A stretch of 64,000 nt of DNA. Origin: an uncultured bacterium (GTDB taxonomy: Bacteria > Verrucomicrobiota > Verrucomicrobiia > Limisphaerales > UBA8199). A program made the position numbers and the translations under genes. The stretch's first letter is position 1; the number at the start of each line of letters is the position of its first letter. Below are positions 21,149-29,191 of the stretch, piece by piece. The DNA lies in the NCBI GenBank assembly GCA_963749495.1, contig CAVVMW010000006.1:32001-96000 (forward strand). The letters run 5' to 3'. The notes under the pieces are model-generated. The model had not been told where the DNA came from. It did not search any database and worked only from the letters and a program-made list of their open reading frames with translations.

Positions 21149-21392
21149 GCTCTCATCGCTTATTTACGGTCATAGACTCGACAACCGTAACACACACCTT
21201 CTGCTTGTCAAATCGCCGCACCCCCTCCCCGCGGCGACTCCGCACTCCGCATTGCTCCGAGCCCCCGCCGCCGGCCTTGTTTTCAGCTTTCGCCTCTCAG
21301 CGTTTCAGCTTCTCCGTTACCTCCCTCGACTATCAACCATCAACGGCTTCCTGGCAGGCCCCCGCCTCGACGCCCTCCTCACACTCCTTCCT

Positions 21393-21800
21393 TCAGTGCT
21401 CGTGCCGGTGGTGAATGTCGAGACAATGCGGGCGCGCGTGGACAGGTGGTGCATGCCGGCCCGCGCGTGTATGAAACCGGCCCACTGGGTCACTGGCCGC
21501 GTGTACATGCTGATGGTGTTCGTCGTGCGAGTGAAGATGGTCGTGTTCCGTCGGTCAGTGCCCGTGAGCGTGAGGGTGCCATTCCGTCAGGTGCAGCCAG
21601 ACGACTGTGCCCATGCCCAGTGAGAGCAGCGCGGCGGCCGAAAAAGCGCGGCCAGTGCTCACTCGGTCCTGGGCGGTAATGGAGCCGACGATGACGGAGA
21701 TGCTCGCTCGTTGGCACGGGCTGAAGATAATGCTCAGGATGCCCCAAACAACTGCGGCACATAAGGCGACCGGAGCCGCGCCTTCCACGGCATAAGGCTG
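21393..21800 (-). pseudogene. Chimeric remnant: CcdA-like N-terminus fused to a His-rich DMT/EamA-type C-terminal tail
   Basis: AAVVWGILSIIFSPC..SI.VIVG..STGRAF then WLHLTEWHPHAHGH*PTEHDHLHSHDEHHQHVH...PHCLDIHHRHEH*, with an in-frame TGA at 21555-21557. Confidence 0.6.
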
Positions 21801-22017
21801 GCTTTGCCTGCCACAACAAAAAAGGTCAAGCAATAAGCAACTAATGGTTAGCCGCGCCGGGCCGGCGCCCGTATAAGGGACGACGATAGCGGGCATGTGA
21901 CTCCCCATTGTCATTAGAGATGACAATAATCGAGAAGGCTGATGGCGGAGATCGGCCCGGCGGGCAGGTTGCAGGCAAGACGCAGACAACGACCATTGCA
22001 GGTTGACGACTTCATTT

Positions 22018-23595
22018 ATGAAACTCGCACAGTACTCCGGCGCCGTAGGCGCATCCCTCACCATTCTGATCCTCTCGTTCCAGCCCTTCCTGGCTGCCGG
22101 GCAGGATTGCATAGACTGCCATCCTGCCATCGTTGCCAAGTGGGCGGGAGGACGTCATGCCAACACCCAAACCGACCTGGCCGGCGAGTTGAGCGCATCG
22201 CACCCTGGGGAAAGCCCTGCCTCGGTCATCCAAGGCGAGGACTGCATCGCCTGCCACAGTCCGACCGCGGTGCAGGCCAACGGCCCCATGAGCGAGGGCC
22301 AGGCCCTGGGCTATTTTTTCACCGCCAGCAACGGACTGTTCAGCGCGGCCACGGCGGCCACCAACACGGCGGCTTGGCCCCACGTCGCCTGTGTTGCGTG
22401 CCACGAGGTGCCCGATGACCATCCCGCCACCTTGCCGGCCTTGGCGCTATTCAACTCGCAAACGGCCCAGCGCGTGGCCACGCCCCTCGCGAGCCAACTC
22501 TGCGGCCAGTGTCACGGGACCCTGCACTTTGCCGACACCGATCACCGGGTGTACGATGCCTGGCTGGCCAGCCGCCATGCCAACACCCAAACCGCCGTCG
22601 CGGACGAACTCAGTGCGTCGCACCCCGGGGAAACCCCTGGCTCAGTCGTCCAAGGCGAGAATTGCATCGGTTGCCATGCTCCGACGGCGGTGCTGGCCAA
22701 CGGCACCATGAGCGAGGGCCAGGCCCTGGGCTATTTTTTCACCACCACCACCAACGGAGTTTTCAGCGCGGACACCGCGCCCAACCATGCCTCCGAATGG
22801 CCGCACATCGCGTGTACCACCTGCCATGATCCGCACGATCCGGTGAAACTCTCCTATTTCAATTCTTCGACGGCCGCGTACCAGACGATGACGAACGCCG
22901 ACCAGATCTGCGGCCAGTGCCACGGCAACTTGCGTTTTCCCGGGACCGATCACCTCACCTACAATCTCATGACCGGCACCGGAGGCATCGGGGTGACCAA
23001 CCAGCAGATGATGCCGGGAGCGGGCTGCGCCGACTGCCACATGTTCGACAGCGGCGTGGACCCGAGCAACTCGAAGTCGTTCCATGGCCACTCCTGGCAG
23101 GTGAACGTGCCGGAGGCGGCAGGCCCGGCCACCAGCGCCTGTACCCAGTGCCATGCGGGCATCGATGCGACCGGCGCCAGCGCCATGATCGCGCAGTGGA
23201 AGGCGGATTTTCAGGCCCTCGACGCGACGGCCGAGGCGAGTGTCACCAGGGCCACCACCGCGATGCAGGGTGTCCAGAACCCAACGCTGCTCGCCGTGCT
23301 GGCCGAGGCACAGCAGAACCTGGCTTATGCCGAAAAGGACGAAGGGCAGGGTGTCCACAATCACACGTTCCTCATGGCCTTGTTGAACGATGCCAATGCC
23401 AAAGCGCTGTCACTGCCTATTCTGAACGCGACGGTGCAAGGGACCAAGGTCGTCATCTCCTGGACCGGAGCTGGGACGCTTCAGGCGGCAGATTCGATCC
23501 TGGGTCCCTGGCACGATGTGTCGGGCGCAACCAACCCGCTGGTTATGGCGCCCGCCGCACAAACCCGGGGCCAGTTCTATCGCCTTCGGCCTTAG
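22018..23595 (+). CDS. Secreted multiheme cytochrome c (9 CxxCH motifs)
   Basis: Signal peptide; CIDCH, CIACH, CVACH, CGQCH, CIGCH, CTTCH, CGQCH, CADCH, CTQCH; helical C-terminal region ending DEGQGVHN; extra C-terminal beta domain. Confidence 0.92.
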   Translation: MKLAQYSGAVGASLTILILSFQPFLAAGQDCIDCHPAIVAKWAGGRHANTQTDLAGELSASHPGESPASVIQGEDCIACHSPTAVQANGPMSEGQALGYFFTASNGLFSAATAATNTAAWPHVACVACHEVPDDHPATLPALALFNSQTAQRVATPLASQLCGQCHGTLHFADTDHRVYDAWLASRHANTQTAVADELSASHPGETPGSVVQGENCIGCHAPTAVLANGTMSEGQALGYFFTTTTNGVFSADTAPNHASEWPHIACTTCHDPHDPVKLSYFNSSTAAYQTMTNADQICGQCHGNLRFPGTDHLTYNLMTGTGGIGVTNQQMMPGAGCADCHMFDSGVDPSNSKSFHGHSWQVNVPEAAGPATSACTQCHAGIDATGASAMIAQWKADFQALDATAEASVTRATTAMQGVQNPTLLAVLAEAQQNLAYAEKDEGQGVHNHTFLMALLNDANAKALSLPILNATVQGTKVVISWTGAGTLQAADSILGPWHDVSGATNPLVMAPAAQTRGQFYRLRP

Positions 23596-23669
23596 CTGCA
23601 GACTTCCCAACACCTCGTCCTGAAAGCCGGAGGCGTGGATCTGTTCGGAGATTTCCTGTGATTCAGCCG

Positions 23670-23837
23670 GTCGTCGAGAAATTCTTCGCGGCAGAGCCAG
23701 GGCCGTTTCCGCACGAATTCCTGTTCCATCATCTCGATATGCGCTGCCGGTCCGCCAAAGGCTGTCGTGCCGAGCTTGAGGAACACCATAGCCAACTCTT
23801 GCAGGTCTGTGGTGTTCACCGGGCGCGCGTCGCTCAT
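23670..23837 (-). pseudogene. chrA: N-terminal fragment of a second chromate transporter
   Basis: VFLKLGTTAFGGPAAHIEMMEQEFVRKRPWL..EEFLD, then similarity is lost. Confidence 0.85.
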
Positions 23838-23859
23838 AGGAGTCTCCTCAGCGGCCGGG

Positions 23860-24201
23860 GCTGTGCAACTTCATCTGATCACGCCACTCGCTTACGACGC
23901 GCCCAGGCAAGGAGCCGACCATTACGGATACGGTGATACTGAGGTTGGCGTGAAGTACCGCATCATTCAGGAGACAGGCCGGTTTCCTCAAGCGGGCGTG
24001 TTTCCTCTCTTGGAAATCCCGACAGGCAACGCCAGTCACGGCTTGGGCAGCGGACATGTGCAGGCGTTTCTGCCACTATGGCTGCAAAAGGATTTGGGGT
24101 CTTCGACCGTTTACGGCGGCGGAGGTTATGGCATCAATCCGGGCGCGGACAAGCGCAACTGGACGTTCTTCGGCGTGGTCGCACAGTGCCATCCGCGGTG
24201 A
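23860..24201 (+). pseudogene. Internal fragment of an outer-membrane transporter (phenol MetA-pathway-like beta-barrel)
   Basis: YGYGDTEVGVKYR, FPLLEIPTGNASHGLGSGHVQAFLPLWLQKD, YGGGGYGINPG; no start codon or C-terminus. Confidence 0.65.
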
Positions 24202-24285
24202 CGCCGGGAGAGCCAGCGACGCCGCGCCATTCAGGGATGGCCTGAGCTGCTCTGGAAGACCCCTTCCTCAGCGCTGGAATAATCG

Positions 24286-24311
24286 TGAGGGATTCGGTCT
24301 TCTGCGGCGTA
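24286..24311 (+). promoter_or_regulatory. Putative ECF sigma promoter 3 (TGAGGG-N16-CGTA), probably autoregulatory
   Basis: TGAGGGattcggtcttctGCGGCGTA, 49 nt upstream of the first gene of the sigma-factor cluster. Confidence 0.75.
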
Positions 24312-24359
24312 ATAGAGAATAGAGGCCGGCCGGTTGGTTCGGCCACGAAAGACAAAAAC

Positions 24360-24764
24360 ATGAAAAATCTGAACATAGTCCTGCTCATCGCGGCCCTCGC
24401 CGGAACCTTCAACCTGGCCGCCAACGCCAGCGCCCAATACAAGCCCACCGGAGTTGACGGCATTACCGCCTCGCCGAGGGTCCGCAAGATGCTCGATGAA
24501 GCGGCAGCCGCCAGGAGCATCACGCCCTCAACGCCCTCTGTCGCGGCCACATACCGGAACCCCGGCCTGGCAGGAGTCACTGCCTCGCCGAGGGTCAGCA
24601 AGATGCTGGCCGAACAAAGGGTCGCCGTTTCCGGCGCGCCCGCGGCCGAAGCAGCCCCCGCCGGCTATCGAGCCACCGGCGCAGACGGCATCACCGCCTC
24701 ACCGAAAGTCCGCCAGCAACTCGACGAGCGCAGCACTCAGTTCATGATCGCCCCGGTCAAATAG
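24360..24764 (+). CDS. Secreted protein with three G(I/V)TASP(R/K)V repeats
   Basis: Signal peptide ending ASA-Q; repeats YKPTGVDGITASPRVRKMLDE, YRNPGLAGVTASPRVSKMLAE, YRATGADGITASPKVRQQLDE. Confidence 0.8.
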   Translation: MKNLNIVLLIAALAGTFNLAANASAQYKPTGVDGITASPRVRKMLDEAAAARSITPSTPSVAATYRNPGLAGVTASPRVSKMLAEQRVAVSGAPAAEAAPAGYRATGADGITASPKVRQQLDERSTQFMIAPVK

Positions 24765-24829
24765 GCCCTGGCCAGTAACCGGTTGCACCCGGTTGCCGAG
24801 AGCGATAACTTCCCGTTGCCCTTTGCCGT

Positions 24830-25177
24830 ATGAAATACAATTCCGAACCCGAAAATGACGACCCGTTGCGCAAGGTTTTGCGCGAATGGAAAGTGGACGT
24901 GCCGCTGCCTCCTCGTTTTCAGGAACAAGTGTGGCAGCGGATTGCGCGAGCGGAAATCCAGCCCCAATCACCGCCATGGGCAGCGCTCTTGCGCCTGCTG
25001 GAATCCGTCCTGCCGCGCCCTAAGTTCGCCGTTGCCTGCCTGTTGGTTTTCCTGGCGTTGGGAGTGGCGGCGGGGGCAGTGGCGGCACACCTCAAGACCA
25101 ATCGGCTGGACTCTGAGCTAAGCCTGCGCTATGTCCAGTCGGTTGACCCATATCGAGCCGACAGTTCGCAGCCATGA
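24830..25177 (+). CDS. Putative single-TM anti-sigma factor (CnrY-like position)
   Basis: DDPLRKVLREW...PPRFQEQVWQRI, one TM helix, C-terminal YVQSVDPY; ATGA-coupled to the sensor gene. Confidence 0.7.
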   Translation: MKYNSEPENDDPLRKVLREWKVDVPLPPRFQEQVWQRIARAEIQPQSPPWAALLRLLESVLPRPKFAVACLLVFLALGVAAGAVAAHLKTNRLDSELSLRYVQSVDPYRADSSQP

Positions 25178-25677
25178 AGAAAGGCGCCATTGTCCTATTG
25201 CTTGGCCTGCTCCTGGGCACAGCGGGGTTCTCGGGGTTTTATTACTTCGGCACGGCCTCCTGCCGGAACATGATGCGTGAGCCGCAGCCGGAACTGGCCT
25301 GGCTAAAGAAGGAATTCAAGCTGAGCGACGCGGAGTTTGCCCGCATCTCCCAGTTGCACGCCGCCTACCTGCCCCAGTGCGCAAAACGCTGCCAGCGCAT
25401 CGAAGAGCAGAACCGGAAGCTGCGCCAGTTGTTCACACAGGCCACCAACATCACCCCGGAAATCCAGGCCCTGCTGGCCGAGCGCGCCAGGACGCGCGCC
25501 GACTGCGAAGCCGAGATGATGAAGCACTTTTTGGAGGTCAGCCGGACCATGCCCCCGGAACAGGGGCGGCGTTATCTGGAGTGGGTGGAGAAGCAGACGT
25601 TCCTGCACGGCCAGGCGATGGAAGAACGCCATCGCATCGAAAAGGGCGGCCAGATGGCCCACGAGCATCACGTGTAG
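25174..25677 (+). CDS. Periplasmic heavy-metal sensor (CnrX/Spy-like helical protein)
   Basis: N-terminal anchor; LAWLKKEFKLSDAEFARISQLH, HFLEVSRTMPPEQGRRY; His-rich tail. Confidence 0.8.
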   Translation: MKKGAIVLLLGLLLGTAGFSGFYYFGTASCRNMMREPQPELAWLKKEFKLSDAEFARISQLHAAYLPQCAKRCQRIEEQNRKLRQLFTQATNITPEIQALLAERARTRADCEAEMMKHFLEVSRTMPPEQGRRYLEWVEKQTFLHGQAMEERHRIEKGGQMAHEHHV

Positions 25678-25688
25678 CACGTCGAGCT

Positions 25689-26282
25689 ATGAACGAACCC
25701 GACTGCGAGGCGCAGGATGGACAAGACATGGCACGCCTGGCCGGCGGGCACGACGCTGCGCTCAATGACCTGATGGACCGCCACGCCGAGAGGCTGTTCC
25801 ATTATCTGGTTCGCTCCTTGCAGAATGAGGAAGACGCCGCCGACCTGGCACAAGAAACCTTCGCCAGGGTTTGCCGGAACCGGGCGAAATTCGACCCGAA
25901 CCAGAAATTCACCACTTGGCTTTACGCCATTGCCAGCAACCTGGTGCGCGACCGTTACCGCTGGCGCTCGCGTCATCCGCGGGTTTCTCTGGAGGCCCAG
26001 GACGAACGAGCGGGGGCCGGCCTCAATGACGGCCTTCGTGCTTCAGAACCATCTCCTGACCAGCGGCTGCAAACCGAAGAGCGAGCGGATGCCGTGCGCC
26101 GGGCCGTCGCCGCGCTCCCGCAAGAACTGCGGCAACCGCTCGTTCTGGCCGTGTACGAGGACCTGCCGCAGGCTCAAATCGCCGCCATTCTCAACTGTTC
26201 CGTCAAGGCCGTCGAAACCCGCATCTACCGCGCGCGGCAACAACTGCGCCTGGTCCTGGCGCCGTTGGTGCAAACGCCATGA
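25689..26282 (+). CDS. ECF RNA polymerase sigma factor (CnrH-like context)
   Basis: DAADLAQETFARV, FTTWLYAIASNLVRD (region 2); IAAILNCSVKAVETRIYRARQQLR (region 4). Confidence 0.93.
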   Translation: MNEPDCEAQDGQDMARLAGGHDAALNDLMDRHAERLFHYLVRSLQNEEDAADLAQETFARVCRNRAKFDPNQKFTTWLYAIASNLVRDRYRWRSRHPRVSLEAQDERAGAGLNDGLRASEPSPDQRLQTEERADAVRRAVAALPQELRQPLVLAVYEDLPQAQIAAILNCSVKAVETRIYRARQQLRLVLAPLVQTP

Positions 26283-26300
26283 AAGAATTCTGATTAGATT

Positions 26301-26343
26301 TTAATCTGGCGTTAATCATCCTTTAATGATCCGGTGCTATAAT
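26301..26343 (+). promoter_or_regulatory. Promoter with three TTAAT direct repeats (11-nt period) and extended -10
   Basis: TTAAT at 26301, 26312 and 26323; TGCTATAAT at 26335-26343; upstream of an OmpR-type regulator gene. Confidence 0.65.
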
Positions 26344-26360
26344 GAGAACAGTCCAGGCGC

Positions 26361-26529
26361 ATGCGACTGTTGCTCATAGAAGACGAAAAGAAAGTCGCCG
26401 ACTTCATTGCCCGCGGCTTGCGGGCCGATGGGTTGGCGGTGGATGTCGCGTACGACGGTCTGGAGGGCTGGGAACTGGCCTCCGGGGTTGATTACGATGT
26501 GATGCATTAGTGAGGCTGTCGAGGCATGA
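26361..26529 (+). pseudogene. OmpR/CusR-family response regulator, mostly deleted
   Basis: MRLLLIEDEKKVADFIARGLRADGLAVDVAYDGLEG...YDVMH* stops before the phospho-acceptor Asp; the kinase starts 15 nt later. Confidence 0.85.
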
Positions 26530-27974
26530 ACACCCGCTCGCTCAAGTTCCGGTTGATCGCCTGGTACGCCGGGCTGCTGACGAGCGGTTTTGCCCTGCTG
26601 GGCGTGGTGACTTGCCTGGCGCTTGAGAGGTCGCTGGCCGGGTCGCTCAAGGAAAGCCAATTGCGTCGCGCGCGACAAGTCGGCCAATTGCTGCGCCAGG
26701 AAATCCAGCGCCACAGCGAGGGGCGGGTAGGGGAAGAGGTCGAGACACGTTACGCGCCCGGCCTCAACGACCGTTTGGTCCGCATCACCCGGCGTGACGG
26801 CGTGGTCCTTTACCTCTCTGAGCCGCCCAAGGACCAGAGCTTTGACCCGGCGTCGCTGCCGCCGCCGACTTGGCCGTCCGGGGACGAAACGGCCGTGCAG
26901 GCCCCGTTGCTGGGGGGCCGCAAGGTGTTGCTCACGTCCCACAAGGTCCAGGCGCCGGACGGGACGAGCTACGTGGTGGAGACCGGGGCGCCGATGGACC
27001 CGGTCCAGGCCGACTTGCGGAAGTGGCTGGGCTTTTTGCTGACCCTGCTTCCGGTGGTCGGGTTGATCGCGTTGGGCGGCGGCTACGTGCTGGTCAAGCG
27101 GTCACTCGGTCCGGTGGACCGGATTGCCGCCAGCGCCGAACGCATCAGCTCGCAGAACCTGGGCGAGCGGTTGCCGGTGGCGCAGACCGGGGATGAGCTG
27201 GAGCGGCTTTCTGTGGCGCTGAACCGGATGATCGAACGGCTGGAGCAGGCCTTTCAATATTCGCGCCGGTTTGTGGCGGATGCCTCGCACGAGTTGCGCA
27301 CACCGCTGACGGCCTTGCGCGGGGAGCTGGAGAGCCTGGTGCGGGAGCCGCACTGCACTACGGAATGGCGCGAGCGCCTGGGCAGCGCCCTCGAAGAAGT
27401 CGAGCGCCTGGGCAACATCGTCGAGGGCCTCTTCGCCATCTCGCGGCTGGACGCCGGCGAAGCCGCCGCCGAATGGGTCAACTTCGATCTGGGCCAGTTG
27501 GCGGCCGGGACAGCCGACCAGATGGCGCTTCTGGCCGAAGACAAGAAGATCCGGGTCACCTGCGCTCCGGCCAACGGGGTATGGGTGCAAGGGGATCGCG
27601 CCCGGATGAAACAAGTCATCGTGAACCTGCTCGACAATGCCATTAAGTACACGCCCGAGGGCGGCGCCGTCAGCTTGACGGCGCGCGCCCAGGACGGCAA
27701 GGCCGTGCTGGAGGTTGCCGACACCGGGATCGGGATTCCACCCGAGGCGCTGCCGCGGCTTTTCGAGCGGTTCTTCCGCGTGGACAAGACCCGCTCGCGC
27801 GAGCAGGGCGGGGCGGGACTGGGCCTGTCCATTGTCAAATCAATTTGCGCCGCCCACCAGGGGCGCGTTGAGGCCAGCAGCACACCCGGCCAGGGCAGCC
27901 GTTTCCGGGTGGAGTTGCCGCTGGCTGCAGCCACCGTGAACAACAACCCCAAGCCCAAGCACAATGAACATTGA
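26526..27974 (+). CDS. Heavy-metal sensor histidine kinase (CusS/CzcS-like)
   Basis: Two TM segments, HAMP domain, FVADASHELRTPL, NLLDNAIKYT, GAGLGLSIV. Confidence 0.92.
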   Translation: MNTRSLKFRLIAWYAGLLTSGFALLGVVTCLALERSLAGSLKESQLRRARQVGQLLRQEIQRHSEGRVGEEVETRYAPGLNDRLVRITRRDGVVLYLSEPPKDQSFDPASLPPPTWPSGDETAVQAPLLGGRKVLLTSHKVQAPDGTSYVVETGAPMDPVQADLRKWLGFLLTLLPVVGLIALGGGYVLVKRSLGPVDRIAASAERISSQNLGERLPVAQTGDELERLSVALNRMIERLEQAFQYSRRFVADASHELRTPLTALRGELESLVREPHCTTEWRERLGSALEEVERLGNIVEGLFAISRLDAGEAAAEWVNFDLGQLAAGTADQMALLAEDKKIRVTCAPANGVWVQGDRARMKQVIVNLLDNAIKYTPEGGAVSLTARAQDGKAVLEVADTGIGIPPEALPRLFERFFRVDKTRSREQGGAGLGLSIVKSICAAHQGRVEASSTPGQGSRFRVELPLAAATVNNNPKPKHNEH

Positions 27975-28365
27975 AACCCAGAAATGGTTGGACTGGCGCA
28001 TCGGGGCCTTGATTCTGCTGGCCGCCATTGCAATCCCCATCTGGCGCGCGACCACCAGCGCCAAGCCGAAGCTGCTCTCAGCAACGGAGGCCTATCCGAC
28101 GGTGGCGGTCGTCCCAGTGGAGCGGCGGGACCTCTTCAACGAAGTGACGTATCCGGCCGACTTCCGCCCTTTTGCCGAGGTCGAATTGCACGCCAAGGTC
28201 TCGGGGTATGTCCAGAAGATGTACGTGGACTTCCACGACCGGGTTCAGAAGGGCCAACTGCTGGCCACGTTGGAGGCGCCGGAACTGCAGGACCAACTCC
28301 ACAATGCGATGGCCCTGCAGCAAAAGGTGGAGGCCAAGCTGGAGCAATCGCTGGCGCAGCAATGA
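27964..28365 (+). pseudogene. Truncated RND periplasmic adaptor
   Basis: ELHAKVSGYVQKMYVD..DRVQKGQLLATLEAPEL, then a stop at 133 aa. Confidence 0.8.
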
Positions 28366-28400
28366 GTTGATCTAATTGCTCTGAATCCACCATGTTTGCT

Positions 28401-28423
28401 CATTCGTCATTCGTCATTCGTCA
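28401..28423. repeat. TTCGTCA heptamer array (3 copies)
   Basis: Read directly; same unit as the arrays at 51155-51259 and 57359-57414. Confidence 0.85.
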
Positions 28424-28464
28424 CTCCCCACCGTCGTGCCTTCCCACCGAGCCCCAGTGTAGGA

Positions 28465-28623
28465 TCTGACCGCGCCCGCTACAAGAGTGGAATCAGCTCC
28501 GTGGTCGAGCTCAACCAGGCCGAGCTGAACGAAATCTCCGCCGAGATCTCCTCCGCCAGCACTCAGTACCAGTACCTGCTCCGGCGCTCCGCCCTGAGCT
28601 TCCAGACCGGCTCGTTGCGCTGA
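28465..28623 (+). pseudogene. C-terminal remnant of a TolC-family protein
   Basis: ARYKSGISSVVELNQAELNEISAEI...YQYLLRRSALSFQTG. Confidence 0.75.
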
Positions 28624-28633
28624 GCGCGGGGTC

Positions 28634-28705
28634 CGCCGCACCACGATCAACTTGGCCCCGGCCGACGTGAAGAAGGAGGGGCCGAGTTTTGACCTGCCCA
28701 TCGCG
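28634..28705 (+). pseudogene. comM: Isolated fragment of comM/yifB (Mg-chelatase-like ATPase)
   Basis: RRTTINLAPADVKKEGPSFDLPIA is the conserved N-terminal ComM/YifB motif; flanking sequence is unrelated. Confidence 0.8.
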
Positions 28706-28824
28706 GGGGGACACAGGATCATGGGGCCGTGGGCGAACGATGTGACCGGTGACAGCAGCCCAGTTCAGCCGAGCTCCAAGCTGCCTTCGGGCGCTCCAGG
28801 CGTCGGCGCCCCCCATAGTTTCTC

Positions 28825-28875
28825 ATAAAAGTCCTCCTCCGCCTTCTCAATCCATTCAAGCGCGAGTGGATTCAT
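28825..28875 (-). pseudogene. HEPN-domain gene, first 16 codons only
   Basis: MNPLALEWIEKAEEDF overlaps the 3' end of the nucleotidyltransferase gene, as in MNT-HEPN pairs. Confidence 0.6.
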
Positions 28876-29176
28876 ACATGACCACCCCCTTCTCGGTGGC
28901 CTCGCGAAGGAAAAAGTCATTCCACTTCACGCGCCGGCGGACCTCCTGAGGGCTGCGAACAATGAGGTCGATGGGAAACCGGTGCTCAAGGCGGCTGGAA
29001 ATCTTGATGGCCTGGTCGGTGGCACGCCCTTCATGCGGCATAATCACCAGCAGATCAACGTCCGAATCCGGCGTCGGCCGGCCGTAGGCGTAGGAACCAA
29101 AAAGAACGATCGAGCGGGGACGAAACTCCCGGGCAATCTGGGCGCAGAGTCTTTTGATGTCACGCCGTTTAACCAT
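28856..29176 (-). CDS. Minimal nucleotidyltransferase (MNT-type antitoxin)
   Basis: IVLFGSYAYGRPTPDSDVDLLVI, PIDLIV, EKGVVMYE. Confidence 0.9.
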   Translation of the reverse strand: MVKRRDIKRLCAQIAREFRPRSIVLFGSYAYGRPTPDSDVDLLVIMPHEGRATDQAIKISSRLEHRFPIDLIVRSPQEVRRRVKWNDFFLREATEKGVVMYESTRA

Positions 29177-29191
29177 TTTGGCGCCTCATGA

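Noticed and set aside
21845..21876. CCGTATA upstream of the multiheme cytochrome as a fourth ECF promoter
   Set aside because: The -35 position reads TTAGCC rather than TGAGGG.
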